From NCBI GenBank assembly GCA_050486505.1, contig JBJHDK010000001.1, forward strand, positions 12,674-76,673: a DNA stretch of 64,000 nt, read 5' to 3'. This document shows positions 35,668-45,500 of this stretch, piece by piece. Made by a program: the position numbers and the translations under genes. Below the pieces are notes generated by a model, which searched no databases, was not told the origin of the DNA, and saw only the letters and a list, made by a program, of their open reading frames with translations. The DNA is from Fibrobacteria bacterium. Its GTDB lineage: Bacteria > Fibrobacterota > Fibrobacteria > UBA11236. Numbering within the stretch: position 1 is the stretch's first letter; each line of letters begins with the position of its first letter.

Positions 35668-36996
35668 ATGCACGTCCTCGAAATCCTGGGCTGGGAGAGC
35701 TTGCTCATCCTTTCCCTGATCCTGGTCAACGGATTGTTCTCCCTGGCTGAAATTTCCCTGATCTCGAGCCGGCGAACGCGCTTGCAGCACCTGTCCGAAT
35801 CGGGCGACGGCAGCGCGGCCCGCGCGCTCGATCTGCTCGCCAGGCCGGGCAAATTCCTGGCGACGGTGATCATCGGCGTCAACATCACGGCCATGCTCGT
35901 GGGTGCGTACGGGGGCGTCGCCGTGGCCGCCCGCCTCGAGGAGGAAGTGCGGGGGGTGGCATGGTTGGCGGATCATGCGCAGGGGTTCTCCCTGGCCGTG
36001 GTCATCGCCCTGCTGACCTATGTGCAGATCATCTTCGGGGAACTTGTCCCCAAAACGCTCGCCTTGAGGCATCCCGAAACATTCGCCCGCCTGGTCTCGC
36101 GTCCGATGGACCTGCTCAGCCGCCTCGCGGCGCCCCTGGTGTTGTTGTTGAACGCGACTTCCGAAGGGCTTTTGCGTCTCTTCGGCTCTCGCCCGTCCCC
36201 GGAGGCGGCGACCGTGACCGGAGAGGAAATCGCCCTCATGCTCGCGCAGGGGGCGCGCGAGGGAGTTTTCCACAGCAGCCAGCACGAGATGATGGAGAGC
36301 GTGATCGAAATGGGTGAGCGGCGCATCACGGCGCTGATGACGCCCAAACCCGACATCGAGTGGCTTGATAGCACCGCCGACCTGGCGGAAATGAGGTCCC
36401 TGCTCGCGGCGCATCCCTATTCGCGGTTTCCGGTGTGCCGCGGCAGCTTCGACAACATCCTCGGGGTCGTGCACGCCAAGGATCTGCTCGCCCGGTTTTT
36501 GGGCGGGCGTCCCCTTGACCTGGAGGCGATGGCCAGGCCGGTGCCGGTGATCCCCGATTCGGTGAACGTGCTCAAGGCGCTCGAGGCCTTCCGCGTTTCG
36601 GGCGAGACCATGGCCTTCGTCTCGGACGAGTACGGGAGCGTGCTGGGCCTGGTCACTCTGGACGACGTGCTGCGGAACATCCTCGGCAGCACGGTGGCGA
36701 ACCATGCCTCCGACGGAACGGACCCCGATGCCGTGTTGCATTCGGACGGATCCTGGTTGGTCGAAGGCACCAAGCCGCTCGACGAGATTGAGGAATTGAT
36801 CGGCGACCAGGACGCCTTTTCGCGCGAGGACGAGGAGAATTACCAGACCTTGGGAGGGTACGTCATGGGTCGGCTCGACCGCATTCCATCGGAGGGCGAT
36901 GTCTTCGACAGCGGGGGGTGGCGCTACGAGGTCGCGGCCATGGAGGGGAACAGGGTGGAGAAAGTCGTGATCCGGAGAACCGGAAACAATGGGTGA
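35668..36996 (+). CDS. CNNM/HlyC-CorC family membrane protein (DUF21 + CBS pair + CorC_HlyC)
   Basis: N-terminal LILVNGLFSLAEISLISSRR (DUF21), CBS region, C-terminal transporter-associated domain. Confidence 0.8.
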   Translation: MHVLEILGWESLLILSLILVNGLFSLAEISLISSRRTRLQHLSESGDGSAARALDLLARPGKFLATVIIGVNITAMLVGAYGGVAVAARLEEEVRGVAWLADHAQGFSLAVVIALLTYVQIIFGELVPKTLALRHPETFARLVSRPMDLLSRLAAPLVLLLNATSEGLLRLFGSRPSPEAATVTGEEIALMLAQGAREGVFHSSQHEMMESVIEMGERRITALMTPKPDIEWLDSTADLAEMRSLLAAHPYSRFPVCRGSFDNILGVVHAKDLLARFLGGRPLDLEAMARPVPVIPDSVNVLKALEAFRVSGETMAFVSDEYGSVLGLVTLDDVLRNILGSTVANHASDGTDPDAVLHSDGSWLVEGTKPLDEIEELIGDQDAFSREDEENYQTLGGYVMGRLDRIPSEGDVFDSGGWRYEVAAMEGNRVEKVVIRRTGNNG

Positions 36997-37049
36997 AGGG
37001 TGACTTCGTCGTCGCTTGTTCGCCCGCGGCGGCCCCACGCGCCTCAGTG

Positions 37050-37091
37050 CCCGATTCCCGATTCCCGATTCATAATTCCCAATTCATAACT
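37050..37091. repeat. Solo heptad array (CCCGATT x3, then CATAATT/CCCAATT/CATAACT)
   Basis: Read directly. It ends 8 nt before the ATG of the PASTA gene, and its orientation corresponds to the right-arm sense of the GAATTAA family. Confidence 0.65.
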
Positions 37092-37098
37092 TTCCCCC

Positions 37099-37455
37099 AT
37101 GCCCTCGCCCCGGTCCTTTCTCACAGCATTCATCGTCTGGCTCGGCGGGCTCGTCGTCCTCTTTTTGGTCATCGATTTCCTCGTCATGCCCTGGGCGGCC
37201 GGCAAGTTCCGGCCCACGGTGGAGGTTCCCGCAGTGACGGGGATGGATCCCGCGCTGGCCGAAGACCGTCTGCGCGAGCTCGGGTTGCGGTTCGCGCATG
37301 AACGCTCCGCGGATGAGCACAGCATCTTGGTGCCGCGCGGGCTCGTTCTCACGCAAACGCCCGCCGCCGGCGCGCAGGTCAAGGCGGGCCGCCGCGTCTG
37401 GGTGGGCCTGAGTCTGGGACGCGAACCGTACGTCGTTCCCGACGGCGGCTCATGA
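37099..37455 (+). CDS. Membrane-anchored single PASTA-domain protein
   Basis: N-terminal TM FLTAFIVWLGGLVVLFLVIDFLV, then VEVPAVTGMDPALAEDRLRELGL..VLTQTPAAGAQVKAGRRVWV, typical of PASTA. Confidence 0.65.
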   Translation: MPSPRSFLTAFIVWLGGLVVLFLVIDFLVMPWAAGKFRPTVEVPAVTGMDPALAEDRLRELGLRFAHERSADEHSILVPRGLVLTQTPAAGAQVKAGRRVWVGLSLGREPYVVPDGGS

Positions 37456-39224
37456 TGCGCCCCGGCGCGCGTGCGCTGCTCGTCGCGGCCCTTGCCTTCG
37501 GTGGCGCCGCGCACCCCGCGTCAGGGGAGGAAACAGGGCGCGGCGCGGCCCGCGCGCTGTTCCTGGAAGCCCGGCAGCTGGAGCGGGCCGGCGACCATGC
37601 CGCCGCCCTGGAGCGCTACCGCGCGGCCTTCCATGAAGACCCCGTCAGTCGCGATCTCTGCTTCGTGCTCACCGAGCGGTTGAAGGATGCCGGAGACCTC
37701 GAGGAGGCGCTGGAAACGGGCGCGGCCTGCCTCGGCCTGCCGGGGGACACCCTGTACACCGACCATCGCCTGCTGGGCGAAATCGCCCTGCGTGCCGATG
37801 ACCTCGCGGTTGCGCTGCACCACTACCGTGCGGCCTACGCCCTCAACCCGGGTGACGGCGACGTGCTCTTCATGCTCGCGGGCCTGCTCGAAGAAACCGG
37901 GGAGCAGGATTCCATCTATCTCGAGGTCCTCGAGGCGCTGCTGCCCAGGCTGAACTATTCCCCGCGGCTGATGGATCGCGCCCTGCGAGCCTACGCCCTC
38001 GCGGGGCGGGTGGGCGAGCTGGTTCCCTTGCTGCAAGCGGCCTGGGAGCAGGAGCGCCACCCGCACCACGGTCGCGTGCTCGCGGCCTGGTACGACGCCG
38101 AGGGTCTTCCGCTGTCGGTTCTGGGCGTCGCCCGCGAGCTGGCGGCGATCGATCCGTCGCCCGAGCACGACTGGTTGCTCGCGCGAGCTTATCACGCCTG
38201 CGACCGCCCCGACTCCGCGCTGGTGTTGTTCGAACGGTTGGCGAAGGCGCACCCGGACAACTCCGAAATCGTGCATTCGCTGGCGCGGGTCCTCTTCGAG
38301 CGCGGGCGCTACCGCGAGGCGCGCACGGCGGTGCTCCCCCTGTTGCGACGCGACGACTTCGATCGCGCCCGCGTGGCGTTCCTCGCGGGGGCCATCGACA
38401 TCGAACTCGGGCGGCGCGGAGGAGAAGACCTGATCCGCGAGGCGGCGGAACTCGAGCCCGATGTGCCGGGCTACAGGAGCTGGCTTGCGTATGCCGAATA
38501 CGTCAGGGGCGGGCGCGGTGCGCGCGCGCGCGCCGAGGAGCACCTCGCGCCCGGTTCGGGCGCCGGTCTCGACGAAGAGGGAGCCCTGTGGTTCGAGGCG
38601 ATGGCGCGGGGCATGCTGGCGCGGGACCTCGTTCCCGCCGAGCCGTGGGAGCGCCCGCGGCGCTTCACCGATGCCGCCGAAGCCCGCCGCCACCGTCGCG
38701 TCGCCGTCGAGCGCCTCGAAGCGCTCCTCGACCGCGTGGAGGATCCGCGTACCGTGTTGTTCGAGTTGGGCGCGCATCTCGAGCGGCTCGGTGAGCGCGA
38801 ACGCTCGCTCGCCGTGCTGCGCCGTCTCGTGGAACTCGATCCTGACCACACCCTCGGCCTGAATTACCTCGGTTATACCCTCATCGAGCCCGACGCCCCC
38901 CCGGCCGAGGATCTCGCCGAAGCCGGGCCGCTCATCCGCCGCGCGCTCGAACTCGACCCCGAGAGCGGGGCCTATCGCGATTCCTGGGGCTGGTGGCACT
39001 ATCGCAACGGCAACCTTGATTCGGCGCGGGTATGGCTCGAGCGCGCCCTCGAAAGCATGCCGCACGATGCCGAAGTGCTCGCCCACCTGGCAGAAGTCGC
39101 CCTGGCGCAGGGCGACATCACCGCCGCTTGCGGTGCGTGGCACGCCTTGCGGAGCATCGATCCGCGCAGGGATCCGATGCCGGAGTGCCCCGAAGCACCG
39201 GCGCAACGCGGGCGGCGGCGGTGA
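37452..39224 (+). CDS. Secreted TPR-repeat protein
   Basis: Signal peptide MMRPGARALLVAALAFGGAAHPASG and many Ala/Leu/Arg-rich 34-aa-type repeats (AALERYRAAFHEDP, LHHYRAAYALNPGD). ATGA overlap with the upstream gene. Confidence 0.7.
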   Translation: MMRPGARALLVAALAFGGAAHPASGEETGRGAARALFLEARQLERAGDHAAALERYRAAFHEDPVSRDLCFVLTERLKDAGDLEEALETGAACLGLPGDTLYTDHRLLGEIALRADDLAVALHHYRAAYALNPGDGDVLFMLAGLLEETGEQDSIYLEVLEALLPRLNYSPRLMDRALRAYALAGRVGELVPLLQAAWEQERHPHHGRVLAAWYDAEGLPLSVLGVARELAAIDPSPEHDWLLARAYHACDRPDSALVLFERLAKAHPDNSEIVHSLARVLFERGRYREARTAVLPLLRRDDFDRARVAFLAGAIDIELGRRGGEDLIREAAELEPDVPGYRSWLAYAEYVRGGRGARARAEEHLAPGSGAGLDEEGALWFEAMARGMLARDLVPAEPWERPRRFTDAAEARRHRRVAVERLEALLDRVEDPRTVLFELGAHLERLGERERSLAVLRRLVELDPDHTLGLNYLGYTLIEPDAPPAEDLAEAGPLIRRALELDPESGAYRDSWGWWHYRNGNLDSARVWLERALESMPHDAEVLAHLAEVALAQGDITAACGAWHALRSIDPRRDPMPECPEAPAQRGRRR

Positions 39225-39232
39225 AGCCCGCC

Positions 39233-39961
39233 ATGTCGCCACGCGGCCGGACCGGTGCGCTTCTCGTCCCGTGCATGATGGCCTTGTTCGCCGCCTGCGC
39301 TCCGCCCCTGCAAGACCCCTGGGGGCGCGACCTCGGGCGCGGAACTGACCCGGGGGATCCCCCCGCACTCCCCGAACGCATCGAAGCCGACCTCGAACTC
39401 ATTCCCCGCGAGCGCGGCTCCGCCCCCTTCAACGCGCGGCTCTACGCCGAGCCGGGTCGGCGCTATCGCATCGACTTCATCGCCTTCACGGGATCGATCA
39501 TCGCGAGCTGGGGATGGGAGGGGGGGGACTGGATCCTCGTCAGGCACGACACGCGCACGGTGCGGCGCGGCAGGGGAGACGCGCTCGAGCTCGATGGCGT
39601 GCGGGCGCGGCTGCCCGACGTGCACGCGGTTCTGGGGTTTCTGTGGGGCCGCCCGCTGCCCGGGGTTCCGGGCGCGGACCCGCCGCACCTCGAAGGCGGC
39701 CTCCTGCACTGGACGCATGGGGGCGAGCCTTGGGACGCGCGCATCGACGCGTCCACCGGGCTGGTGCGGCGGGTGCGCTCGCCGGGGCTCGCGTTGCGCT
39801 ACGCGCGCCACCGCGCCCGCGGTCCGCTGGTGATCGCGGAGGAAGCCGAACTCTTTCTCGACGGCGAATCGGCCCTGCTGCTGCGGGTCGATGCCTGGAC
39901 CGCCGCTCCCGCGTGGGGGAGGGATCCGTTCGGGGTGAGGGTGCCGGGGAGTTATGAGTGA
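39233..39961 (+). CDS. Lipoprotein, LolB/DUF4292-like
   Basis: Lipobox LFAAC. The body (FNARLYAEPGRRYRIDFIAFTGSIIASWGWEGGDWILV) resembles LolB/DUF4292 half-barrels that often follow TPR genes. An alternative GTG start at 39221 overlaps the TPR stop. Confidence 0.5.
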   Translation: MSPRGRTGALLVPCMMALFAACAPPLQDPWGRDLGRGTDPGDPPALPERIEADLELIPRERGSAPFNARLYAEPGRRYRIDFIAFTGSIIASWGWEGGDWILVRHDTRTVRRGRGDALELDGVRARLPDVHAVLGFLWGRPLPGVPGADPPHLEGGLLHWTHGGEPWDARIDASTGLVRRVRSPGLALRYARHRARGPLVIAEEAELFLDGESALLLRVDAWTAAPAWGRDPFGVRVPGSYE

Positions 39962-39997
39962 GGAGTGGAGAGTTACGAGTTACGAGTGAGGAGTGCT
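39949..39997. repeat. Solo heptad array, seven GAGTNNN units
   Basis: gagttat gagtgag gagtgga gagttac gagttac gagtgag gagtgct. It encodes the last codons and the stop of the lipoprotein gene. Confidence 0.7.
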
Positions 39998-40052
39998 GCC
40001 GTCTCCGTCACCATTGTCTTTTCTCTCCCTGCGATCTAACTTTCCGCGCCTC

Positions 40053-40129
40053 GGTGGACGTAGCTCAGTTGGTAGAGCAATGGATTGTGGTTCCATTGGC
40101 CGGGGGTTCAAGTCCCCTCGTTCACCCCA
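40053..40129 (+). tRNA. tRNA-His (anticodon GTG) with G-1 and encoded CCA
   Basis: Folded by hand: G-1, acceptor GTGGACG/CGTTCAC, D-loop AGCTCAGTTGGTAGAGC, anticodon arm ATGGA-TTGTGGT-TCCAT, T-arm GGGGG-TTCAAGT-CCCCT. Confidence 0.9.
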
Positions 40130-40160
40130 CCCATTCACGCGTGTAACCTTCCGGCAACGT

Positions 40161-40202
40161 CCGGAGGGGACGAACCCCTGGAGACTTCTCCGGGGGTTTT
40201 TT
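40161..40202 (+). terminator. Rho-independent terminator after tRNA-His
   Basis: GC-rich hairpin (ccggag..ctccgg, with inner gggg/cccc) followed by TTTTTT. Confidence 0.6.
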
Positions 40203-40311
40203 CATGGAATTCGGCCCCTTGATCACCCCGTAGCCTGTTATCGTATCCTGCGAAAAAACGGGGTCATTTTGCCGTGACACGATTGCAAACTTTTTATGTG
40301 GAGGGAGAACG

Positions 40312-40629
40312 ATGGCAGATGACGACTTTCGTGGAGCCAATGGAAGTGCCTTTTTTGTGTCAATTATGCTGAAATTGCCAAAGTGGCGTACCTTCCGCAA
40401 CTGTTATCAAGGGCAAGGCAGCCATCTCCAAAGCCGACAAAGTGTTATCACCATCATCGGCACCGTCGTTTTCCTTCCCGTGTGTTTTGGGGGCGAGCTA
40501 TATTTGAGTCCAGAATCGCGGAAAATCATGGATTCAAAACAAATTCGAAACACTTCTATGACATCCACGACACCCTTCGCCATTTTGACGAACATCGCCG
40601 GGCCGGCTGACGCGGCGGTGTCGGCATGA
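40312..40629 (+). CDS. Possible small membrane protein (uncertain)
   Basis: ATG is preceded by GGAGGGAG. The stop overlaps the wecA-like ATG (ATGA). One hydrophobic stretch, VITIIGTVVFLPVCFGG. G+C is much lower than in the neighbours and there is no recognisable domain. Confidence 0.3.
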   Translation: MADDDFRGANGSAFFVSIMLKLPKWRTFRNCYQGQGSHLQSRQSVITIIGTVVFLPVCFGGELYLSPESRKIMDSKQIRNTSMTSTTPFAILTNIAGPADAAVSA

Positions 40630-41891
40630 TCGCGATCGCCCTGATCACCCTCACGGCAGCGCTGGTCTCGATGTTCGTCCTGGGCCTGCTGGCGCGTTCC
40701 CCGCTCGCCCGTTATTTCGCCGACCGCCCCGATCATCGCAAGGTTCACCAGACGGTCATTCCACGCCTCGGAGGCGTGGGCATCGCGGCGGCCTTCGTGT
40801 TCTTCCTTGCAGGCGCCACCATCCTGCAGCTCTGGAGTCCCGAGCCCCGGTTTTTCGGGGTCTTTTTGTTTACCGCCATCTTCCTCTTGGTCGCGGGGGG
40901 GCTCGACGATGCCTACAACCTCGGGTACAAACTGAAGTTCATGCTCCAGTTCGTGCTGGCCACGGTGGTGGTGATCGTTTTCCGCGTGCATCTGGAGCAG
41001 GTCTCCTTTCTGGGCTACCTCATGCCGGTGGGCGACATGGGACTGGTGGTCTCCATCTTCTGGATGGTGGCGGTGATGAACGCCGTCAACATCATCGACG
41101 GCATCGACGGGCTGGCGGGCGGAGTCTCGCTCCTGGGCGTCATCGGCGTCGCCGCGCTCGCCTACATGGCGGGGGCGAACGAAATCGTTTGGGTCTGCCT
41201 CGCGCTCGCGGGCGCGACTTTGGGCTTCCTTCGCTACAACATGGATCGTCGCCGCAAGATCTTCCTGGGTGACACCGGCTCCCAGTTCCTGGGCGCCTCG
41301 CTCGGTCTGCTGACATTGCAGATCCATGCCCTGCCGACGGTGAACCACAGCATCCTCATTCCCCTGTTGCTGGTGGGATACCCGGCGCTCGACACCTCCG
41401 TCGCCATGGCGCGGCGCTTTTTGCGCTCGCGCAGTCCCGATCTCGGCGGGCGGGTCGCAAGCATGTTCAAGGCGGACAACGGACACATCCATCACCGCCT
41501 GGTGTATTCGGGGCTCTCGCACGTGCAGGCGACCTCGCTGCTGATGCTGCTGACATCGGGCTTCGTGGCCACGGCGGTGATCGCGCCCCAGGTCAGCTGG
41601 ATGTGGGAAGCCGGCATCGTGGCCTACTTCGCGCTGGCGCTGCTCTTCATGCTGCATCGCCTGGGATTCATGCCGCAAGGGACCGTGCGCCGCCTCGTCA
41701 CCTTCGTGCTCGGCGGCGAACTTCCGGACGTGAAGTCGGAGCGTCATGCGGCGCTGCGTTACGTTCCCGTCCACGCAAACCGTGTCGTGCTGCCGGAGGC
41801 GGATGCCGTCATCTCCGGAGCGGTGGCCGACCCGTCTGCGCGGGCTACGCGCACTGACACCCGTCCCGCGATCGAGACGCGGGATTTCTGA
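40626..41891 (+). CDS. Undecaprenyl-phosphate HexNAc-1-phosphate transferase (WecA/MraY family, GT4 polyprenyl-P transferase)
   Basis: Multi-TM. Motifs GGLDDAYNL, NAVNIIDGIDGLAGG and FLGDTGSQFLG. Confidence 0.85.
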   Translation: MIAIALITLTAALVSMFVLGLLARSPLARYFADRPDHRKVHQTVIPRLGGVGIAAAFVFFLAGATILQLWSPEPRFFGVFLFTAIFLLVAGGLDDAYNLGYKLKFMLQFVLATVVVIVFRVHLEQVSFLGYLMPVGDMGLVVSIFWMVAVMNAVNIIDGIDGLAGGVSLLGVIGVAALAYMAGANEIVWVCLALAGATLGFLRYNMDRRRKIFLGDTGSQFLGASLGLLTLQIHALPTVNHSILIPLLLVGYPALDTSVAMARRFLRSRSPDLGGRVASMFKADNGHIHHRLVYSGLSHVQATSLLMLLTSGFVATAVIAPQVSWMWEAGIVAYFALALLFMLHRLGFMPQGTVRRLVTFVLGGELPDVKSERHAALRYVPVHANRVVLPEADAVISGAVADPSARATRTDTRPAIETRDF

Positions 41892-41894
41892 CGC

Positions 41895-42365
41895 GTGCCG
41901 GCTGCCAGAAAGCACCGCGCCCTCATTGTGGGGCGGACGGCGCTGGGCCGGGAACTGCGCGAAATCCTCAACGGCTACGGGTATTTCGTCGAATACGGCG
42001 GCACGCGTCAGGAGGGCCTGCGCCTCTTCCGCGCCCATCGTCATGCGCTGGTGATTCTCGGCGTCGATACGATCACGGGCTTTCCCGAACGCCTTTTCCG
42101 CTTCTTTCACTTGATCCATGACAAGGCCATCGTGCTGGTCGCCTGCGACCGGCAAAGCGATGCGATGGCGGCGCGCTACGTCGTGTGGGGTGCCGACGAC
42201 GTGCTGCGCCTGCCCATCCAGCGCGAGAGCCTCAACCTGATGCTCACCCGTGCCTCCACCTACCACCGCGACATGGTGCGCGACACCTTCCGCCGCCAGT
42301 TGCTCTGGTTCGGGGCGGCCATGCTGCCCCTGTGGGCCATGCTGGCGTATCTTGCCCTGCGTTGA
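41895..42365 (+). CDS. Degenerate receiver-domain protein with C-terminal TM helix
   Basis: CheY-like alternation (ALIVGR.., ALVILGVD.., IVLVACD.., GADDVLRLP), but the acidic DD pair and the conserved Lys are missing by eye. The C-terminus LLWFGAAMLPLWAMLAYLAL is hydrophobic. Confidence 0.55.
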   Translation: MPAARKHRALIVGRTALGRELREILNGYGYFVEYGGTRQEGLRLFRAHRHALVILGVDTITGFPERLFRFFHLIHDKAIVLVACDRQSDAMAARYVVWGADDVLRLPIQRESLNLMLTRASTYHRDMVRDTFRRQLLWFGAAMLPLWAMLAYLALR

Positions 42366-42453
42366 ACATTTCTCCCGGTAACCCGTGATTTTCCCTTTCC
42401 CGGATGCGGTTGCAGGGGGCGACTATTCTAAATTGCCTGCCTTCCGTGCGGTG

Positions 42454-42469
42454 CGGCAGTGTGCCTGCC
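42454..42469 (+). promoter_or_regulatory. Weak sigma-54 (-24/-12) promoter candidate upstream of the exporter gene
   Basis: cGGCAGtgtgccTGCc. GG and GC have correct spacing, but there are several mismatches to TGGCACG-N4-TTGCW. It lies about 55 nt before GTG 42525. Confidence 0.3.
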
Positions 42470-42524
42470 TCCCGGGAGCGGATTCGCACCAGCGACGGGT
42501 GCCCGGCCAAAAAGGAGTTCTTGC

Positions 42525-45500
42525 GTGAATCGATTGTTGCTCGCCGCCTGCGCCCTCTTGATTGCAGCTCCCTTCTCACCGGAGGCCCAGGTCACTCCTG
42601 CTCCCGAACAGATCGAGCGTGCCCTTGACGCGATCCAGTCGGGCGAATTGCAATTGACGCCTGATCTCATCGACCGTGCGCGGCAGGAGTACCCCGAACT
42701 GCGGGACGTCCCTGATTCCGAAATCCGCAGCCGTGCAGAAGAATTGCGGCAGAACACGCCCGAAGATGCGGCCGGGCGTCGGCAACAGGCCGAAGATTTG
42801 GCCGGGGAGCTCGAAGACTTTACCGATGAAATGGAAGAGTTCCCCGCCGAAAACGGCGAAGAGGTTGCCGAAAACGGTGAGGCGAACGAAGAGCTGACCC
42901 GGCAAGAGGGGGAGACGGAGAGCGAGTTTCTTTCACGTCGTGAGAGCGACGTGCGCGGGCAAGGTGTGGGGCCGGGTGGGCGTTTCCCGTTCGGCAGCCG
43001 CCGCTTCGGGGCCGACTTTTTCAACAATGCCCAGTTGGGGGAAGGGCTCGGGCCCAACGCCCCCACCTTGCCCGAGTATGTGCTCTCGGCGGGTGACCAG
43101 ATCGAGCTGTACATCTGGGGCCGCGAGAGCCGCAGCCTCACCGTGACCCTCGACAAGGACGGAATGTTCAAGTTCCTCCCGCTCGAGCCCTTCCGCGTGG
43201 CGGGCATGACCTTCCTCGAGGCGCAGGAGCTCATCACCAACGAGATCGAAAAAATTGCCGGCCTGCGTGTCTCCGTGGGCCTCGGCCGCGTGCAGAGCAT
43301 CCGCGTCATGGTCGTCGGCGAGGCCACGCGCCCCGGCTCGTACGTGCTCCCCGGCGGCATCACCGTCACCGGTGCCCTGTTCCGCAGCGGCGGCGTGTCG
43401 TCGATCGGCAGCATGCGCAACATCGAAGTGCGGCGCGGCAACGAGATCGCGGTGCGCTTCGACCTCTACGACATTCTGCTCAAGGGCGATGTGAGCGGCG
43501 ACATCCAGTTGTTGCCGGGCGACGTGATCTTCGTGCCCATCGCAAAGAAGCAGGTCGCTGTGCAGGGCACTGTCAAGCGTCCCGCGATTTACGAAGTTCC
43601 GAACAACTTTCGTGCCCTTGATGCCGTGGAACTGGCAGGAGGCTTGGCCTCCACCGCCCACAAGGGGCGTATCCGCCTCGACCGCATCGAGGGGAACAAG
43701 CGCAAGGTCGTACTTGATGTCGACATGGAGAAAGTCACCCCGCGCACCAATGCGGTTCTCGAAGACGGGGACATTCTCTTCGTGGATCGCGTCCTCGATC
43801 GTCTCGAGCAGGTGGTGTACCTCACCGGGAACGTCAACCGCCCCGGTCGCTATCAGTACACTCCCGGGATGACGGTGCGCGACCTGATCAAGTCGCGCGA
43901 TGACCTTCGCCCCGAGACCTTCTTTGAGTATGGCCACATCCGTCGCCCGTCCCCGGAAGATGACCGTCCCACCTTGCTGAACTTTTCCTTGCGCGATGTC
44001 CTTGATGGCAGCGCCCGAGTCCAGTTGCAGCCGCGTGACGAAGTCGTGATCTACAACCGCTACCAGGTGCTGGAGCGCCCCTCGGTCCGTATCACCGGTT
44101 CGGTCCGTAACGGCGGCGAGTTCCTGTACAAGGAGGGGATGCAGATCTCCGACCTTGTGATCCTCGCGGGCGGCCTCACCGACGCCTACCTGCCCGAGAC
44201 CCATCTGCGTCGTGCAGTGTATGACGCCGAGAGGGATACGACCTTCGTGCGCCTGATTCGCATCAACCTCAGGGAAGTTCTCGAGAATCCGAAGTCCGAA
44301 GCCAATCTGCGCGTCAATCCGTTTGATTCTTACACGATTTTCTCCCGTTCGCAGTTCGAACCCTCCAACCCCGTCAGCATTGCCGGCCCGGTGCGCCGCA
44401 CGGGAACGTTCTCGCTGGCCGACTCGATGCGCATCACCGACCTGATCGTTCAGGCGGGCGGTTTGGCGGAGGCAGCGCACACGCTTGAAGCCCACTTGCG
44501 CAGGCGGGTTTACGACACCGAGCGCGACACCACATATACCGAACTGACGCGCGTGAACCTTCGCCGTGCACTTGAGACCCCCGGCGGAGAGCACGATCTG
44601 GTGTTGCGCCCCCACGATGCCCTTCGTGTTTTCAGCCGCAGATTGTTCGAACCAAGCCGTAGTGTCGCCATCACGGGGGCGGTTGCCAATCCCGGGCGTT
44701 ATTCGATGGTGGAACAAATGCGCGTGAGCGACCTGATCGTGTTGGCGGGCGGCTTGCGCGACGCGCACCTGCTCGAAGCGCACCTCACGCGCAGGGTCCC
44801 GGTTCCCGAGCGCGACAGCTCCTATCTGACCTTGGTCCGCGTGAACCTCAAGGAAGCCATCGAGGATCCCGAAAGCTGGGAGAACATCACCTTGCGCCCC
44901 TTCGACTCGCTCCGCGTGCTGCCGCGCAGCCAGTTCCAGTTCGGGCGCTCGGTAACGATTCGCGGTTCGGTGCGCAGCCCCGGCGACTACAAGCTGGTGG
45001 AGGAGATGGATATTCCCGCCCTCATCAACATCGCGGGGGGGCTCACCAAGAGCAGCTTCAAGCTCGAGATCGAGGTGGTGCGTCGCAACATCGTTGCTGA
45101 CAGCGTCATGACACGCACCTTGAAGCGTCTGCGGCTTGTCGATATTCTCGAGGGCAAAGAAGGCTTCGCCCTGCAAGACGGCGACGGCATTTACATCCGC
45201 GACATCGTGCAATACCGCGAGCGCACCACGGTCACGTTGCAGGGCGAGTTCAACTTCCCGGGCGTGTACGAGTTCGTGCCGGGAGAGACCATCAGCAGCG
45301 TGATCAAGCGCGCGGGCGGGTTCACCCCCGAGGCCTATGTGCGCGGCACGGTGTTCCTGCGCCAGAGCGTGCGCGACCAGCAGTTGCGTCACGCCGAGGA
45401 GGTGGGGCGCCGCGTCGAATCCCAGTTGCAGGCCGCCCTGCTGCAGGCCACCCGCGATGCCGACCGTACCCTCATTTCGGCCGCCATCCAGCGAAATTCC

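Noticed and set aside
33457-37038. 1193-aa minus-strand ORF
   Set aside because: It is an Arg/Pro/Gly/His-rich frame overlapping the well-supported aspS (another frame of the same strand) and lying antisense to the CNNM gene. It has no domains and runs through the tandem repeat.
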